63,500 nucleotides of DNA from Verrucomicrobiota bacterium (lineage in GTDB: Bacteria; Verrucomicrobiota; Kiritimatiellia; JAAZAB01), in NCBI GenBank assembly GCA_018898455.1, contig JAHIJO010000090.1, forward strand, positions 1 to 63,500, given 5' to 3'. The translations under genes were made by a program, and so were the position numbers. Shown in pieces: positions 1 to 9,395 of the stretch (positions within the stretch are counted from its first letter, which is position 1; each line of letters begins with the position of its first letter). Below the pieces are notes generated by a model. It was given only the letters and a program-made list of their open reading frames with translations. It had not been told where the DNA came from and did not search any database.

Positions 1-140
1 CGAAAAGACGTCGCGTTGGGCGGATAACCCAATGGGTTATCCGCTCAACGCAAGTGGTTAACCCCTTGTAACCCCGCATTAATGCGGGGTTACGACGGCC
101 CGGAGGGTGAAAATTGCACGCCTCCGTGCAATTTTCAGGT
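1..140 (-). mobile_element. Partial copy (cut by the window edge) of a multi-hairpin MITE-like element
   Basis: 1-140 is the reverse complement of 63225-63364 with one mismatch (at 63343); internal hairpins at 20-44, 68-93 and 108-137. Confidence 0.8.
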
Positions 141-151
141 CCTATAATATA

Positions 152-541
152 ATGTTGCGGTGCAAAGTGTTGCTGTAGACAGGTTTCGTTCTCGCTCTGG
201 GTTTGGTCATGATGTCTGCGCTGTCCTATATATTGTGCGAGTGCCATATCGTCATACGATCAGCCGGTTGAGCCGACAGGTGGCCCAATTTAGCCGGGAA
301 GGTGATCTGACCACCCCCGGTCGCCGAGAACGGTGACCGGGAAATTAGACAGCTGGCGCAGACTATTACTGAGATGCGGGCGCGCTGGCATCAGGTCCAG
401 CAGACGTTGCGTCTGAGCGCAGAACAGTTTCGTTCCGTAGTGGAGGATCGGACCGAACTGATCTGCCAGTTCAAGGCCGACGGCACATTGACGTTTATCA
501 ACGATGTCTATTGCGAACTGGTGTCGATCTATACGATCTGA
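152..541 (+). pseudogene. Decayed membrane sensor kinase N-terminus (TM-HAMP-PAS)
   Basis: Manual translation across frames: MLRCKVLL*TGFVLALGLVMMSALSYIL (TM, in-frame TAG at 176), then HTISRLSRQVAQFSREGDLTTP / VAENGDREIRQLAQTITEMR (HAMP-like), then EQFRSVVEDRTELICQFKADGTLTFINDVYCE (PAS start), stop at 541; two frameshifts. Confidence 0.7.
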
Positions 542-557
542 ACCGTTAGGGGATCCT

Positions 558-2066
558 ATGGGTACTGAAACCCACGTGAAGCCAGTGCGGGTGTTTATCG
601 TTGAGGACGAGCAAGTCGTGGCCATGGACATTCGCAACCGACTCCAGGCCATGGGGTATCAGGCGCTGGGCGTTGCCGCGACGGCGGTCGAAGCGCTGGC
701 CCTGATTGACCGTCTCCGGCCGGACTTGGTCCTGATGGATATTGTCCTTCACGGCAAACCGGACGGCATTGCCCTGGCGGATCAGGTTTTAAAGCGGTTT
801 GCTGTTCCCGTTGTGTTCCTGACGGCCCATGCGGACCGGGCCACCCTCGATCAGGCCAAGCGGGCGGAGCCTTTTGGTTATATCCTCAAGCCGTTTACCG
901 ATCTGAAACTGCAGACGACGATTGAGACGGCGCTGTATCATCATGATATGGATTGCCGACTTAAGGCCAGCGAACAGCGCTATCGCGAAATGGTGGAAAT
1001 CATCAGCGACTGGGTCTGGGAAATCGATCAGCACAGCGTATTCACGGCGGCCAGCCCGCGCGTGTATGACATCTTGGGCTATCGGCCCGAAGAGATTATC
1101 GGGAAAACGCCGTTTGACCTGATGCCGCCCGGGGAGGCGGGGCGGGTCAAGGCGCAGTTTGAAGACCTGATGTCCCGGCGCGAGTCTTTCCGTCACTTGG
1201 AAAATGTCAATCTGCATAAAAACGGCCGGCGGGTGGTTCTGGAGACCACGGGAATTCCCCTGTTCGATCCATCCGGCATGTTCTGCGGTTATCATGGCGT
1301 GGACCGGGATATCACCGACCGTCGGCAGATAGAGGAACAGCGCAACCGGCTGATTGAAGAGCTCCAGCTATCCAACCAGGAGTTGGGTCAATTCGTTTAC
1401 ATCGCGTCGCACGATCTGCAGGAGCCCCTGCGCATGGTCACCAGTTATGTTCAACTCCTGAAAAAGCGATACCATGGCAGGCTGGACTCGGATGCCGACG
1501 AGTTTATTCATTTTACGGTTGAAGGGACGGCGCGGATGCAGATCCTGATTCGTAATCTCCTGCATTACTCGCGGGTGGGAACCCAGGTTCTGAAGAAAGA
1601 GCCGATTGACTGCGGCAAACTGATGGAGCATGTGTTATCCATTGTAAAGCTGGGCATCGATCAGTCCGGCGCTGTCGTGGCTTGGGAAAACCTTCCGTTC
1701 ATTCAGGGCGATCCCATTCAAATCACCCAATTGTTCCAGAATCTTGTCAGTAACGCGATTAAGTTTCACTCCGGCCGTCACCCGAAGGTGCACATCTCGG
1801 CTCGGCGTCAGCAGGACCATTGGGTATTCGCGATCCGTGACAACGGGATCGGCATTGATGCCCAGTATTACGAACGCATTTTCCTGATTTTTCAGCGACT
1901 GCATCCCCGCGGCGTTTATCCGGGAAGCGGCATCGGGCTGGCCATCTGCAAGAAAGTTGTGGAGCGGCATGACGGGCGAATCTGGGTGGAGTCGGAGCCG
2001 GGCAAGGGCGCCACCTTTTATTTCACCTTGCCGGTCGATCCCGTTGACAAGGAAAACCATGTATGA
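558..2066 (+). CDS. Hybrid REC-PAS-histidine kinase (Cph1-like HisKA/HATPase)
   Basis: REC (IVEDE, DLVLMD), PAS (YREMVEIISDWVWE...GVDRDITDR), H-box ASHDLQEPLR, N box FQNLVSNAIKF, G boxes DNGIGI and GSGIGLAICKK; ATG 558 preferred over ORF start 504. Confidence 0.92.
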   Translation: MGTETHVKPVRVFIVEDEQVVAMDIRNRLQAMGYQALGVAATAVEALALIDRLRPDLVLMDIVLHGKPDGIALADQVLKRFAVPVVFLTAHADRATLDQAKRAEPFGYILKPFTDLKLQTTIETALYHHDMDCRLKASEQRYREMVEIISDWVWEIDQHSVFTAASPRVYDILGYRPEEIIGKTPFDLMPPGEAGRVKAQFEDLMSRRESFRHLENVNLHKNGRRVVLETTGIPLFDPSGMFCGYHGVDRDITDRRQIEEQRNRLIEELQLSNQELGQFVYIASHDLQEPLRMVTSYVQLLKKRYHGRLDSDADEFIHFTVEGTARMQILIRNLLHYSRVGTQVLKKEPIDCGKLMEHVLSIVKLGIDQSGAVVAWENLPFIQGDPIQITQLFQNLVSNAIKFHSGRHPKVHISARRQQDHWVFAIRDNGIGIDAQYYERIFLIFQRLHPRGVYPGSGIGLAICKKVVERHDGRIWVESEPGKGATFYFTLPVDPVDKENHV

Positions 2067-2509
2067 AGAACGATGATCCAGCGGTGCCGCATGAAATTCT
2101 GTTTATCGAGGATAATCCCGGGGATGTCCGTCTCGTGCAGGAAACCCTGAAGGATCAACCCGGTCAGTTTAATCTTCATGCGGTGAGCGATGTTGACGAA
2201 ACCCGGGCATTTCTGAAACGCCAGGCCCGCTTTGCCGATGTGCCGCGGCCTGATTTGATCCTGCTCGATTTGAACCTGCCCAAGGAGAATGGGCGGAACG
2301 TGTTGGCGGCTATCAAGTCCGATCCGGAGTTTCGCCGGATTCCGGTGATCGTGCTGACGTCGTCCGATCGGGATAAGGATGTTCTGGCGGCGTATGATCT
2401 CCATGCGAATTGTTACATTACCAAGCCTCCGGATCTGGACCAGTTCATGGCCGTTATTCAGGCTATTATCCATTTTTGGTTTGAGGTGGCGAAATTGCCC
2501 GCGCATTAA
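2063..2509 (+). CDS. Single-domain response regulator, Rcp1-like
   Basis: IEDNPGD, PDLILLDLNLPK, LTSS, ANCYITKP; overlaps the kinase stop (ATGA). Confidence 0.92.
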   Translation: MKNDDPAVPHEILFIEDNPGDVRLVQETLKDQPGQFNLHAVSDVDETRAFLKRQARFADVPRPDLILLDLNLPKENGRNVLAAIKSDPEFRRIPVIVLTSSDRDKDVLAAYDLHANCYITKPPDLDQFMAVIQAIIHFWFEVAKLPAH

Positions 2510-2532
2510 TTGGTCTAATTAAGGAGGATGTC

Positions 2533-3138
2533 ATGGAACTGAAAAATGTCAGAATTCTGCTGATCGAGGATAATCCCGGGGATGTCCGGCTGATTCGGGA
2601 AATCATCAATGAGGAAAAGGACAGTTTGTGGGATGTGCAGGTGGCCGCTACTCTGGCCGCGGGGTTGGAATGCCTGGCCTCCGGCGGAGTGAATGTGATT
2701 CTGCTGGATCTCGCGTTGCCGGACAGTATTGGCCTGGACACTTTTCACAAGATCCAGTGCCAGGCGCCTTCAATTCCAGTCATTATGCTGACGGTATCGA
2801 ATGACGAGGAAATGGCTACCCGGGCGATTCGCGAGGGCGCCCAGGATTACCTGGTCAAGGGTCAGTTTGATCGGCATTTATTGGCACGGTCAATTCTCTA
2901 TTCCCTGGAGCGTAAATCGCTCTCGATGGACAAGGAACTGCTGATTGCCAAACAGCGGGAGTTGCTTGATGATATTAAAACATTGAAACGGCTCCTTCCC
3001 ATCTGTGCCCATTGCAAGAAAATCCGCGACGATCAGGGCTACTGGCATGAAGTGGAAGTGTTTATCCAGTCGCATACGAACACCACGTTTACTCACGGCA
3101 TTTGCCCCAAATGCGCGGCGGCCATGTTTCCGGATTAA
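2533..3138 (+). CDS. Response regulator with C-terminal Cys/His-rich domain
   Basis: REC (IEDNPGD, ILLDLALPDS, QDYLVKG) plus LLPICAHCKKIRDDQGYW...FTHGICPKC; SD AGGAGG upstream. Confidence 0.88.
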   Translation: MELKNVRILLIEDNPGDVRLIREIINEEKDSLWDVQVAATLAAGLECLASGGVNVILLDLALPDSIGLDTFHKIQCQAPSIPVIMLTVSNDEEMATRAIREGAQDYLVKGQFDRHLLARSILYSLERKSLSMDKELLIAKQRELLDDIKTLKRLLPICAHCKKIRDDQGYWHEVEVFIQSHTNTTFTHGICPKCAAAMFPD

Positions 3139-3277
3139 GGAACCGAATTTAAAAAACACTAAAAAAAGGAAAATCGTCCGGGAAGTCAATTCAAGGGCAA
3201 GGATATATTGTCATAACCTTTTGGGGTCATGCTCCGATCGCAATGGTCCTGGCTGTGGCTTGCCAGTTGCCTTGCGT

Positions 3278-4351
3278 TCAGGTGTCCGGCAGAATGGCCA
3301 CGTTGGACGGATCGATCCAGAAGCCTGCTTCCGCGGAAGGCGGCTTCATCCGGGTGGGAGCGTAACTCAGCGCCTTGATTTCCGTGCCATCAGGCATGGC
3401 CAGGCGATATTCCACGTGATCGCCGAAAAACAAGGTCTCAGTCAAAGTCCCTGAAAAGACGTTCGTGGTTTGATCGGGCGGCGGGGGCACCCGCACCGCT
3501 TCCTGGCGCGCGCTGAGAACCACGGATTGCCCCGTCTGAAATGTGCCGGAAGACGCATTGACCCGCCACTCGCCGATTGGCGTTTCAATCCGGACATCAT
3601 GTTGGTCAGTTGACCTGATCACGCCGCGGACAAGATTGGTGCCGCCGATGAAGTCAGCGACAAATCGGTTAACCGGCCGCTGGTAAATATCCTGGGGGGT
3701 ACCGATCTGCTCCACGCAACCGTTCCGCAGAATGGCACACCGGTCGGCCATGCTCAGGGCTTCCTCCTGGTCGTGGGTGACGTAAACGGCGGTGATGCCG
3801 ATGCGCTTGACCAACCGTCGGATTTCCACGCGCATTTCCAGTCGCAGTTGGGCATCGAGATTGGATAGGGGTTCGTCGAGAAGCAGGCAGGCCGGCTCAA
3901 TGACCAGCGCCCGGGCCAGGGCTACCCGTTGCTGCTGGCCGCCCGAAAGCTGGTTCGGTTTGCGCTCGGCAAATTCTTCCATGCGAACAGCTTGGAGCAT
4001 GCGCTGGACGCGTTCCCGGCGTTCCTTGCCCGGCAGGTTCCTGCCGGGCACGGTCAGGCCGAAGGCCACGTTCCCGGCGACCGTGAGGTGCGGCCAGAGG
4101 GCATAGTTTTGAAATACCATACCCGTGTTGCGCGCGTGGGGCGGGCGCTCGTTGATCCGGGTTCCGTCAAAGAGCACTTGCCCCGAGTCGGGAGCGCAAA
4201 AACCGGCCATGATCCGGAGGATCGTGGTTTTGCCGCAGCCTGACGGCCCGACCATGAAAAACAACTCGCCGTTCCCGATGGCCAGCGACACGGTATCCAC
4301 CGCCGTGATGGTTCCAAAGCGTTTGGTCACCGCCTCAAGAGTGATGTTCAT
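3278..4351 (-). CDS. ABC transporter ATP-binding protein (PotA/FbpC-like, TOBE tail)
   Basis: Walker A GPSGCGKT, signature LSGGQQQR, Walker B LLLDEP, H-loop YVTHDQ. Confidence 0.93.
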   Translation of the reverse strand: MNITLEAVTKRFGTITAVDTVSLAIGNGELFFMVGPSGCGKTTILRIMAGFCAPDSGQVLFDGTRINERPPHARNTGMVFQNYALWPHLTVAGNVAFGLTVPGRNLPGKERRERVQRMLQAVRMEEFAERKPNQLSGGQQQRVALARALVIEPACLLLDEPLSNLDAQLRLEMRVEIRRLVKRIGITAVYVTHDQEEALSMADRCAILRNGCVEQIGTPQDIYQRPVNRFVADFIGGTNLVRGVIRSTDQHDVRIETPIGEWRVNASSGTFQTGQSVVLSARQEAVRVPPPPDQTTNVFSGTLTETLFFGDHVEYRLAMPDGTEIKALSYAPTRMKPPSAEAGFWIDPSNVAILPDT

Positions 4352-6101
4352 TCCGCATTTTCTTCAGCGCCATCCGTTCTTTCTGGATCAGCATCTGGGC
4401 GATCATGATGACCTGATTGGCGGACCAGTAGAGAACCAGGGCCGACGGCATTTTATAAAACATGACGAGCATCATGACGGGCATGAAAATGAGCATCATC
4501 TTCTGCTGGTTGGGATCGCCGCTGGTGGGCGTCAATTTCTGCTGCCAGGCCATGGTGACCGCCATGAAAATCGGCAGAATATTCAGCGGGTAGGGCAGGA
4601 TTCCCGCCAGCAGGTTTTCCGGTTCGCTCAGATCGCTGATCCAGAGAAAGTTGGCGAACCGGAGTTCAATGGCGCTCCGCAGGACGACGAACAGGGCTAC
4701 GAACACCGGAATTTGAATCAACATCGGCAGGCAACCGCTTACCGGGTTGACCTTGTGTTTTTTGTACAGGCCCATGGTTTCTTCCTGCATCTTTTTCGGA
4801 TTGTCCTTGTACTTCGCCCGGAGTTCCGTCATCAGGGGTTGGAGTTCCTGCATTTTTTTCATGCTCTCCGTGCTCTTGTGCGTCAGCGGCCAGAAAATGA
4901 TCCGGATGAGAATAGTGAGCAGGATAATCGCGATGCCGTAATTGGGGACGTAATCATAAATGATATTTAGTACGACGAGTAGGAATTTGCAGACGGGCTT
5001 CCACCAGCCAAAATCCATGACTTCTTCCTGGTGGAGCCCCAGGCGCTTTAAGATCGAGTATTTCTTGGGACCGACATAATAGTTCAGACTGCGGGTCAGG
5101 GATTCTCCGGGCGCCAGTGTTATTTCCGAAAACAGCGCCGTCGCGGACACACTGGCAATTTCGGCGCTTTTCGGAGCCTGGCTCGCATCCTGGCGTTCGC
5201 CGGGCGTCAGCGCCCGTTCTGCACGGACGCGATAGGCGGCGGTGCCGCCTTCCGGGGCTAGAATTTCAACAAAAAACTTACTCTTGACGGCCACCCAGTC
5301 CACCGGCGTGTTTTCCTTTTGGCTGATGTACTTCGGGACGCCGGCAAGTCCGCGGTCCTTCATGTCGCTCTTGAACAGTTTGACCAGCTTGCCGGCCCAA
5401 TAGATAACACCTTCGCCGCCGGCAGAGGGCAGGGCGTCCACGCCCAGGTAATCAAGTCCCATCGTGCGGGTTTCGCCGGTCATGCGCATCGGCCCGACCT
5501 GGATTTCATGGTCGCGGAGCGTGATGGGTTCCCGACCCTCATTGAGGAACACATCCTGGATCTTCAACTGGTAGTCCTGGTCTAGGATGAACGTTCGCGT
5601 GAACCGCAGCCCTGGCCCGGTCGTCTTGCTGACCTGGAGTGATGTTCCCGCAGAGTCGGATGCCAGATCGAAGACGTCTTTTGAAGAAAGTTCCGGCAAA
5701 CCGGCATACGTCAGCGACGGAAAATCGGAGAAGTCGAGCACAACCGGGCCGCTGTGTCGGTCCACCGATTGACGATAGTTATTCAATTTAACGGCGGTAA
5801 CCCCGCCGCCCCAGGATGACACCGTCACCGCGGCTTCGGCGTTGGTGAGGAGGAGACGCTGTTCGGGTTGATCGGGAGCGGCCACGGGCTCAACGACGCT
5901 GTCCGCGGTGAGTTGCGGTGCAGGTTCGACAACCGATGGCTTGATAGATTCCATCGGTGGATTGGTGATAATGCTCGGTGTTGCCAGCGCGGCTGGCTCC
6001 GGCTTGGCCGGCGCCGGGGGGAAGAACTTGCCGGCCAGATAGGGCCAGGCCAGCAACATCGCAAACAGGATGGCAACAATGATCAGATCTTGTTTCTTCA
6101 T
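4335..6101 (-). CDS. yidC: Membrane protein insertase YidC
   Basis: N-terminal TM, periplasmic domain, YVGPK, NYGIAIILLTILIR, GCLPMLIQIPVF; operon context. Confidence 0.96.
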   Translation of the reverse strand: MKKQDLIIVAILFAMLLAWPYLAGKFFPPAPAKPEPAALATPSIITNPPMESIKPSVVEPAPQLTADSVVEPVAAPDQPEQRLLLTNAEAAVTVSSWGGGVTAVKLNNYRQSVDRHSGPVVLDFSDFPSLTYAGLPELSSKDVFDLASDSAGTSLQVSKTTGPGLRFTRTFILDQDYQLKIQDVFLNEGREPITLRDHEIQVGPMRMTGETRTMGLDYLGVDALPSAGGEGVIYWAGKLVKLFKSDMKDRGLAGVPKYISQKENTPVDWVAVKSKFFVEILAPEGGTAAYRVRAERALTPGERQDASQAPKSAEIASVSATALFSEITLAPGESLTRSLNYYVGPKKYSILKRLGLHQEEVMDFGWWKPVCKFLLVVLNIIYDYVPNYGIAIILLTILIRIIFWPLTHKSTESMKKMQELQPLMTELRAKYKDNPKKMQEETMGLYKKHKVNPVSGCLPMLIQIPVFVALFVVLRSAIELRFANFLWISDLSEPENLLAGILPYPLNILPIFMAVTMAWQQKLTPTSGDPNQQKMMLIFMPVMMLVMFYKMPSALVLYWSANQVIMIAQMLIQKERMALKKMRNEHHS

Positions 6102-6230
6102 GCGCCGCGATCGCTTTCCAGAAAAGATCGAAAACTTAATTTCCTAACAAACCGGAACCATAACAGGATTCATGTATCCAAAGCAATAATAAGAACAGGT
6201 CGGACGCAACTGGTCAGTTATGGGGGGGAT

Positions 6231-6313
6231 GTAGCGGCGGTTCGTACTTGTCCCCCTCCCAGCGGGAAGAACCGTCCGTCAGCTGACGGACCGTTCTGAC
6301 GAACGGCCTCTAC
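6231..6313. repeat. GTAG-tagged REP-like cassette (family A, copy 1)
   Basis: GTAG...CTAC ends; 18-bp perfect palindrome at 6274-6291; inverted homologs at 30446-30541 and 26576-26624. Confidence 0.8.
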
Positions 6314-6442
6314 AACTTAAAAATTCGCATGCCATAAAACCTGGCCTGCCCCCCATAACCCATTACAGTCGGTACGCCTTCTATGCAAAACGCTCGTGAA
6401 AATCAAGAACATGGAGGACGTGGCGAAGCCAACGTCCGACCG

Positions 6443-6652
6443 CTATGGCACCGGATCAACGCCTCCAGGGTGAAATGGGTGGCACTTGGCCAGCCGCAGG
6501 AGGCCCAGGCCAAGCCCTCTCAGCCAACCGTGTTTCTGAACCGATTCCAGACAGTATGCCGAACAGGATGGATAAAATCGGCAACAGTTGCCCCATAAGG
6601 GGGAAAGCGTGAATTGATAACACCGAATCAGAATCATCAATACATATTTCAT
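6443..6652 (-). CDS. yidD: Membrane protein insertion efficiency factor YidD
   Basis: YQFTLSP, CRFYPSCSAY, CHPFHPGGVDPVP. Confidence 0.95.
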   Translation of the reverse strand: MKYVLMILIRCYQFTLSPLWGNCCRFYPSCSAYCLESVQKHGWLRGLGLGLLRLAKCHPFHPGGVDPVP

Positions 6653-7038
6653 GATGACGCCTTTCCTTCCGCCGGCGAGAGAAGGCCGGCCCGTCCAGCC
6701 AGGTCGAGGAGCTCCTGTTCAATGTCCTTCCAGGCGGCTTGAATAATGGCCCGCCGCGCGATCAGGATGATATCCACCTTGCCGCGAAACCGATGCCGAT
6801 TCAGACGGAACGCCTCCCGCAATCGGCGTTTGGCGCGATTGCGTTTCACCGCGTTGCCTGTCTTGCGGCTGGCCACGACGCCCAGGCGCATGGCCGCATC
6901 CTCTCCTTCACGCACCCAAAGGATCATGGTCTGCCCTGAGTAATATTGACGCTGGGAATAGGCTTCCTGAAACAGCGCCGACCGGGTCAGCCGCTGACGC
7001 CGCGATAATCGGCGGTCCACTGGATGATTTGAGTTCAA
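6649..7038 (-). CDS. rnpA: Ribonuclease P protein component
   Basis: RLGVVASRKTGNAVKRNRAKRRLRE (RNR motif). Confidence 0.95.
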   Translation of the reverse strand: MNSNHPVDRRLSRRQRLTRSALFQEAYSQRQYYSGQTMILWVREGEDAAMRLGVVASRKTGNAVKRNRAKRRLREAFRLNRHRFRGKVDIILIARRAIIQAAWKDIEQELLDLAGRAGLLSPAEGKASS

Positions 7039-7131
7039 AGGGGAGGAGCATCAATTTCCCGGTTCTGGGACGCAAGGTCTCTGTTTCAAGGGCCGCGTTT
7101 GCCGCGTATGGCCGGGCGGCAGTGATCCCGG

Positions 7132-7266
7132 TTACACCGTCAGCTTGGCGCGACCTTTCTGGCGTCGGCGGGCCAGCACTTTGCGTCCGTCGGCCGTGGC
7201 CATGTGGGCGCGGAATCCGTGCTTGCGTTTGCGTTTTTTTACCGAAGGCTGATACGTTCGCTTCAT
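7132..7266 (-). CDS. rpmH: 50S ribosomal protein L34 (below the ORF-track cutoff)
   Basis: Manual translation [44 protein letters not shown]; lies upstream of rnpA. Confidence 0.97.
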   Translation of the reverse strand: MKRTYQPSVKKRKRKHGFRAHMATADGRKVLARRRQKGRAKLTV

Positions 7267-7502
7267 GGGCTAATTTTTCCTTTCTGATGCAATTACCTGC
7301 CTGCTGTTGTCGCCACGTTACGGGGTGCTATGAATTTTTCGCCGGGCAAAAAAACAATTTGGCTTTGACTTCCACCGGGATATTTAGTATGAAAACCAAC
7401 CTACAACGGGTAACTAAATCACAAATAGGAGTTTTGTTCAAGTAAGATTAAACTGCCGGCCGCGTTGTCCCGTTAAGTAGCTTGTTATTTTTAAGGTTTA
7501 GT

Positions 7503-8144
7503 ATGGAACCATCCTTGTCCTTGGCCCAACCCGTACCCTGGTATCAGGCGCCATTTGTGTGGTTTAAACGCCTTTACCAATGGGTATTGCACTGGGCCGA
7601 TACCGTTTACGGGGTGCCGGCCCTGTTCGTGCTGGCCTTCGCGGAATCGTCGTTCTTTCCCATTCCTCCGGATGTCTTGTTGATTGCCCTGGCGCTCGCC
7701 AGGCCCCGGCGGAGTTTATGGTATGCCGCCGTCTGTTCCGTGGGTTCCGTTCTCGGCGGCATGGCCGGGTATGGCATCGGTTATTTTTTCTGGGACACCT
7801 TGGGCCAGCCGATTATTAATTTCTATCATGCCCAGGCGACCTTCGCCACGGTGCAGGGGTATTATCGGGAAAACGCCTTTTTCTATGTCTTCACGGCGGC
7901 TTTTACCCCAATTCCTTACAAGGTCTTCACTATTGCCGGCGGAATCTGTCAGATCCAATTCTGGCAGGATTTGATTCTCGGCTCGCTGATTGGCCGCTCT
8001 CTGCGTTTTTTTCTGGTGGCCGGGATGTTTTATTTCTTTGGCCCGCCGATTAAGAAATTTATTGACCGTTATTTTGAAATTTTAACCATTCTTTTTGGTG
8101 TTCTGCTGATCGGCGGGTTTCTCGTCATTAAATATTTGCATTAA
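7503..8144 (+). CDS. YqaA/DedA family membrane protein
   Basis: FAESSFFPIPPDVLL, FTPIPYKVFTIAGG, GRSLRFF. Confidence 0.9.
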   Translation: MEPSLSLAQPVPWYQAPFVWFKRLYQWVLHWADTVYGVPALFVLAFAESSFFPIPPDVLLIALALARPRRSLWYAAVCSVGSVLGGMAGYGIGYFFWDTLGQPIINFYHAQATFATVQGYYRENAFFYVFTAAFTPIPYKVFTIAGGICQIQFWQDLILGSLIGRSLRFFLVAGMFYFFGPPIKKFIDRYFEILTILFGVLLIGGFLVIKYLH

Positions 8145-8183
8145 TCCCGGCTCTCCTAACCGTTATAAAATGAAGAGGAAATA

Positions 8184-9062
8184 ATGATTATTGATGCGCA
8201 CAATCATCCGGACTGGCACGGTCATGATCTGGATAAGTTCCTGGCGAATATGGCTCAGTGTCATATCGACCTGACCTGGCTGTTGAGCTGGGAATGCCCC
8301 TTCGATGAATATAATCCGGTGGCCATCGCCTCTATTCCCGACACGGGTCCCAGCGGTCCCATGCCGTTTGCGCGTTGCCGGGCGTATGCCGAACGCGCGC
8401 CGGGCAAGTTCATCCTGGGATTTGCGCCCGATCCCCGCCGGCCGGAGGCGATTGACCAGCTCCAGGCGGCGATGGCGATTTATGGAGTCAGGATTTGCGG
8501 TGAGCTGAAACTGCGGATGATGTATGATAATCCAGATGCTCTGCGCCTGTTCCGGTTCTGCGGCAAGCAGGGGATGCCGGTCACGATCCATATCGATTAT
8601 CCCGGAAACCTGGACGAACACTCCAAGTATCCCCGGCCGGATTATTGGTATGGGGGTGGTATCGAGGCCTTGGAACGGGTGCTCCAGGCTTGCCCCGATA
8701 CCATCGTCCTGGGACATGCTCCCGGTTTCTGGTCGCATATCTCAGCGGATGAACATTGTCGCAAGCCCGGTTATCCCACCGGGAAAATCGTGCCGGGTGG
8801 CCAGTTGATCCGGATGCTGAAGACCTATCCGAATCTCTATTGTGACTGGTCAGCGGGGTCGGGCCATAATGCCTTGTCGCGCGACCCGGAATTCGGCCGG
8901 GCCTTTTTTTTGGAATTCCAGGACCGGATTCTGTATGCCCGCGATGATTTCGACAACAAGCATCAGGACTTTCTAAACAGCCTCAACCTTCCCGCGACTG
9001 TCCTGGCCAAGATTTACTCGGGCAATGCCCTGAAACTGGTGCCGTTGCCCGATCAAGGTTGA
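8184..9062 (+). CDS. Amidohydrolase family protein (Amidohydro_2 type)
   Basis: IIDAHNH metal motif, ICGELK, TIHID, VLGHAP, LYARD. Confidence 0.85.
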   Translation: MIIDAHNHPDWHGHDLDKFLANMAQCHIDLTWLLSWECPFDEYNPVAIASIPDTGPSGPMPFARCRAYAERAPGKFILGFAPDPRRPEAIDQLQAAMAIYGVRICGELKLRMMYDNPDALRLFRFCGKQGMPVTIHIDYPGNLDEHSKYPRPDYWYGGGIEALERVLQACPDTIVLGHAPGFWSHISADEHCRKPGYPTGKIVPGGQLIRMLKTYPNLYCDWSAGSGHNALSRDPEFGRAFFLEFQDRILYARDDFDNKHQDFLNSLNLPATVLAKIYSGNALKLVPLPDQG

Positions 9063-9395
9063 TCATTTCTGCCGAATCATGGTCAGGAGCATTTTGAATT
9101 TCGTTGTGGCTCTGACGGCATGGGGGACCCGGGCGGGCATGATGACGGTCCGCCCGGCGACGGCCTTGACCGTCTTTCCGCCAATCACTAATTCCGCCTC
9201 GCCATCCAATATCTGGACAACGGCATCATACGGGGCGGTATGTTCACTCAAGCCCTGGCCGGCGTCGAATGCGAAAAGCGTCAACGTACCCGCGGGCTTG
9301 TCCATCAGCGTCTGGCTGACGATCGAGGCCTTGGAATAGCCGATCAGGCGTTTCAGATCCAGGACTTGGCCCTTCAAGGTTGTTTTTGATTTCAT
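9063..9395 (-). CDS. Cupin domain protein
   Basis: FAFDAGQGLSEHTAPYDA, MPARVPHAVRA. Confidence 0.9.
   Translation of the reverse strand: MKSKTTLKGQVLDLKRLIGYSKASIVSQTLMDKPAGTLTLFAFDAGQGLSEHTAPYDAVVQILDGEAELVIGGKTVKAVAGRTVIMPARVPHAVRATTKFKMLLTMIRQK

Noticed and set aside
176-178. Stop-codon recoding (pyrrolysine) of the in-frame TAG
   Set aside because: The same relic has frameshifts and a truncation, so decay is the simpler explanation.
7267-7502. Possible oriC next to rpmH
   Set aside because: No dnaA or dnaN is adjacent and there is no DnaA-box cluster; only isolated one-mismatch boxes at ~12799 and ~14523.
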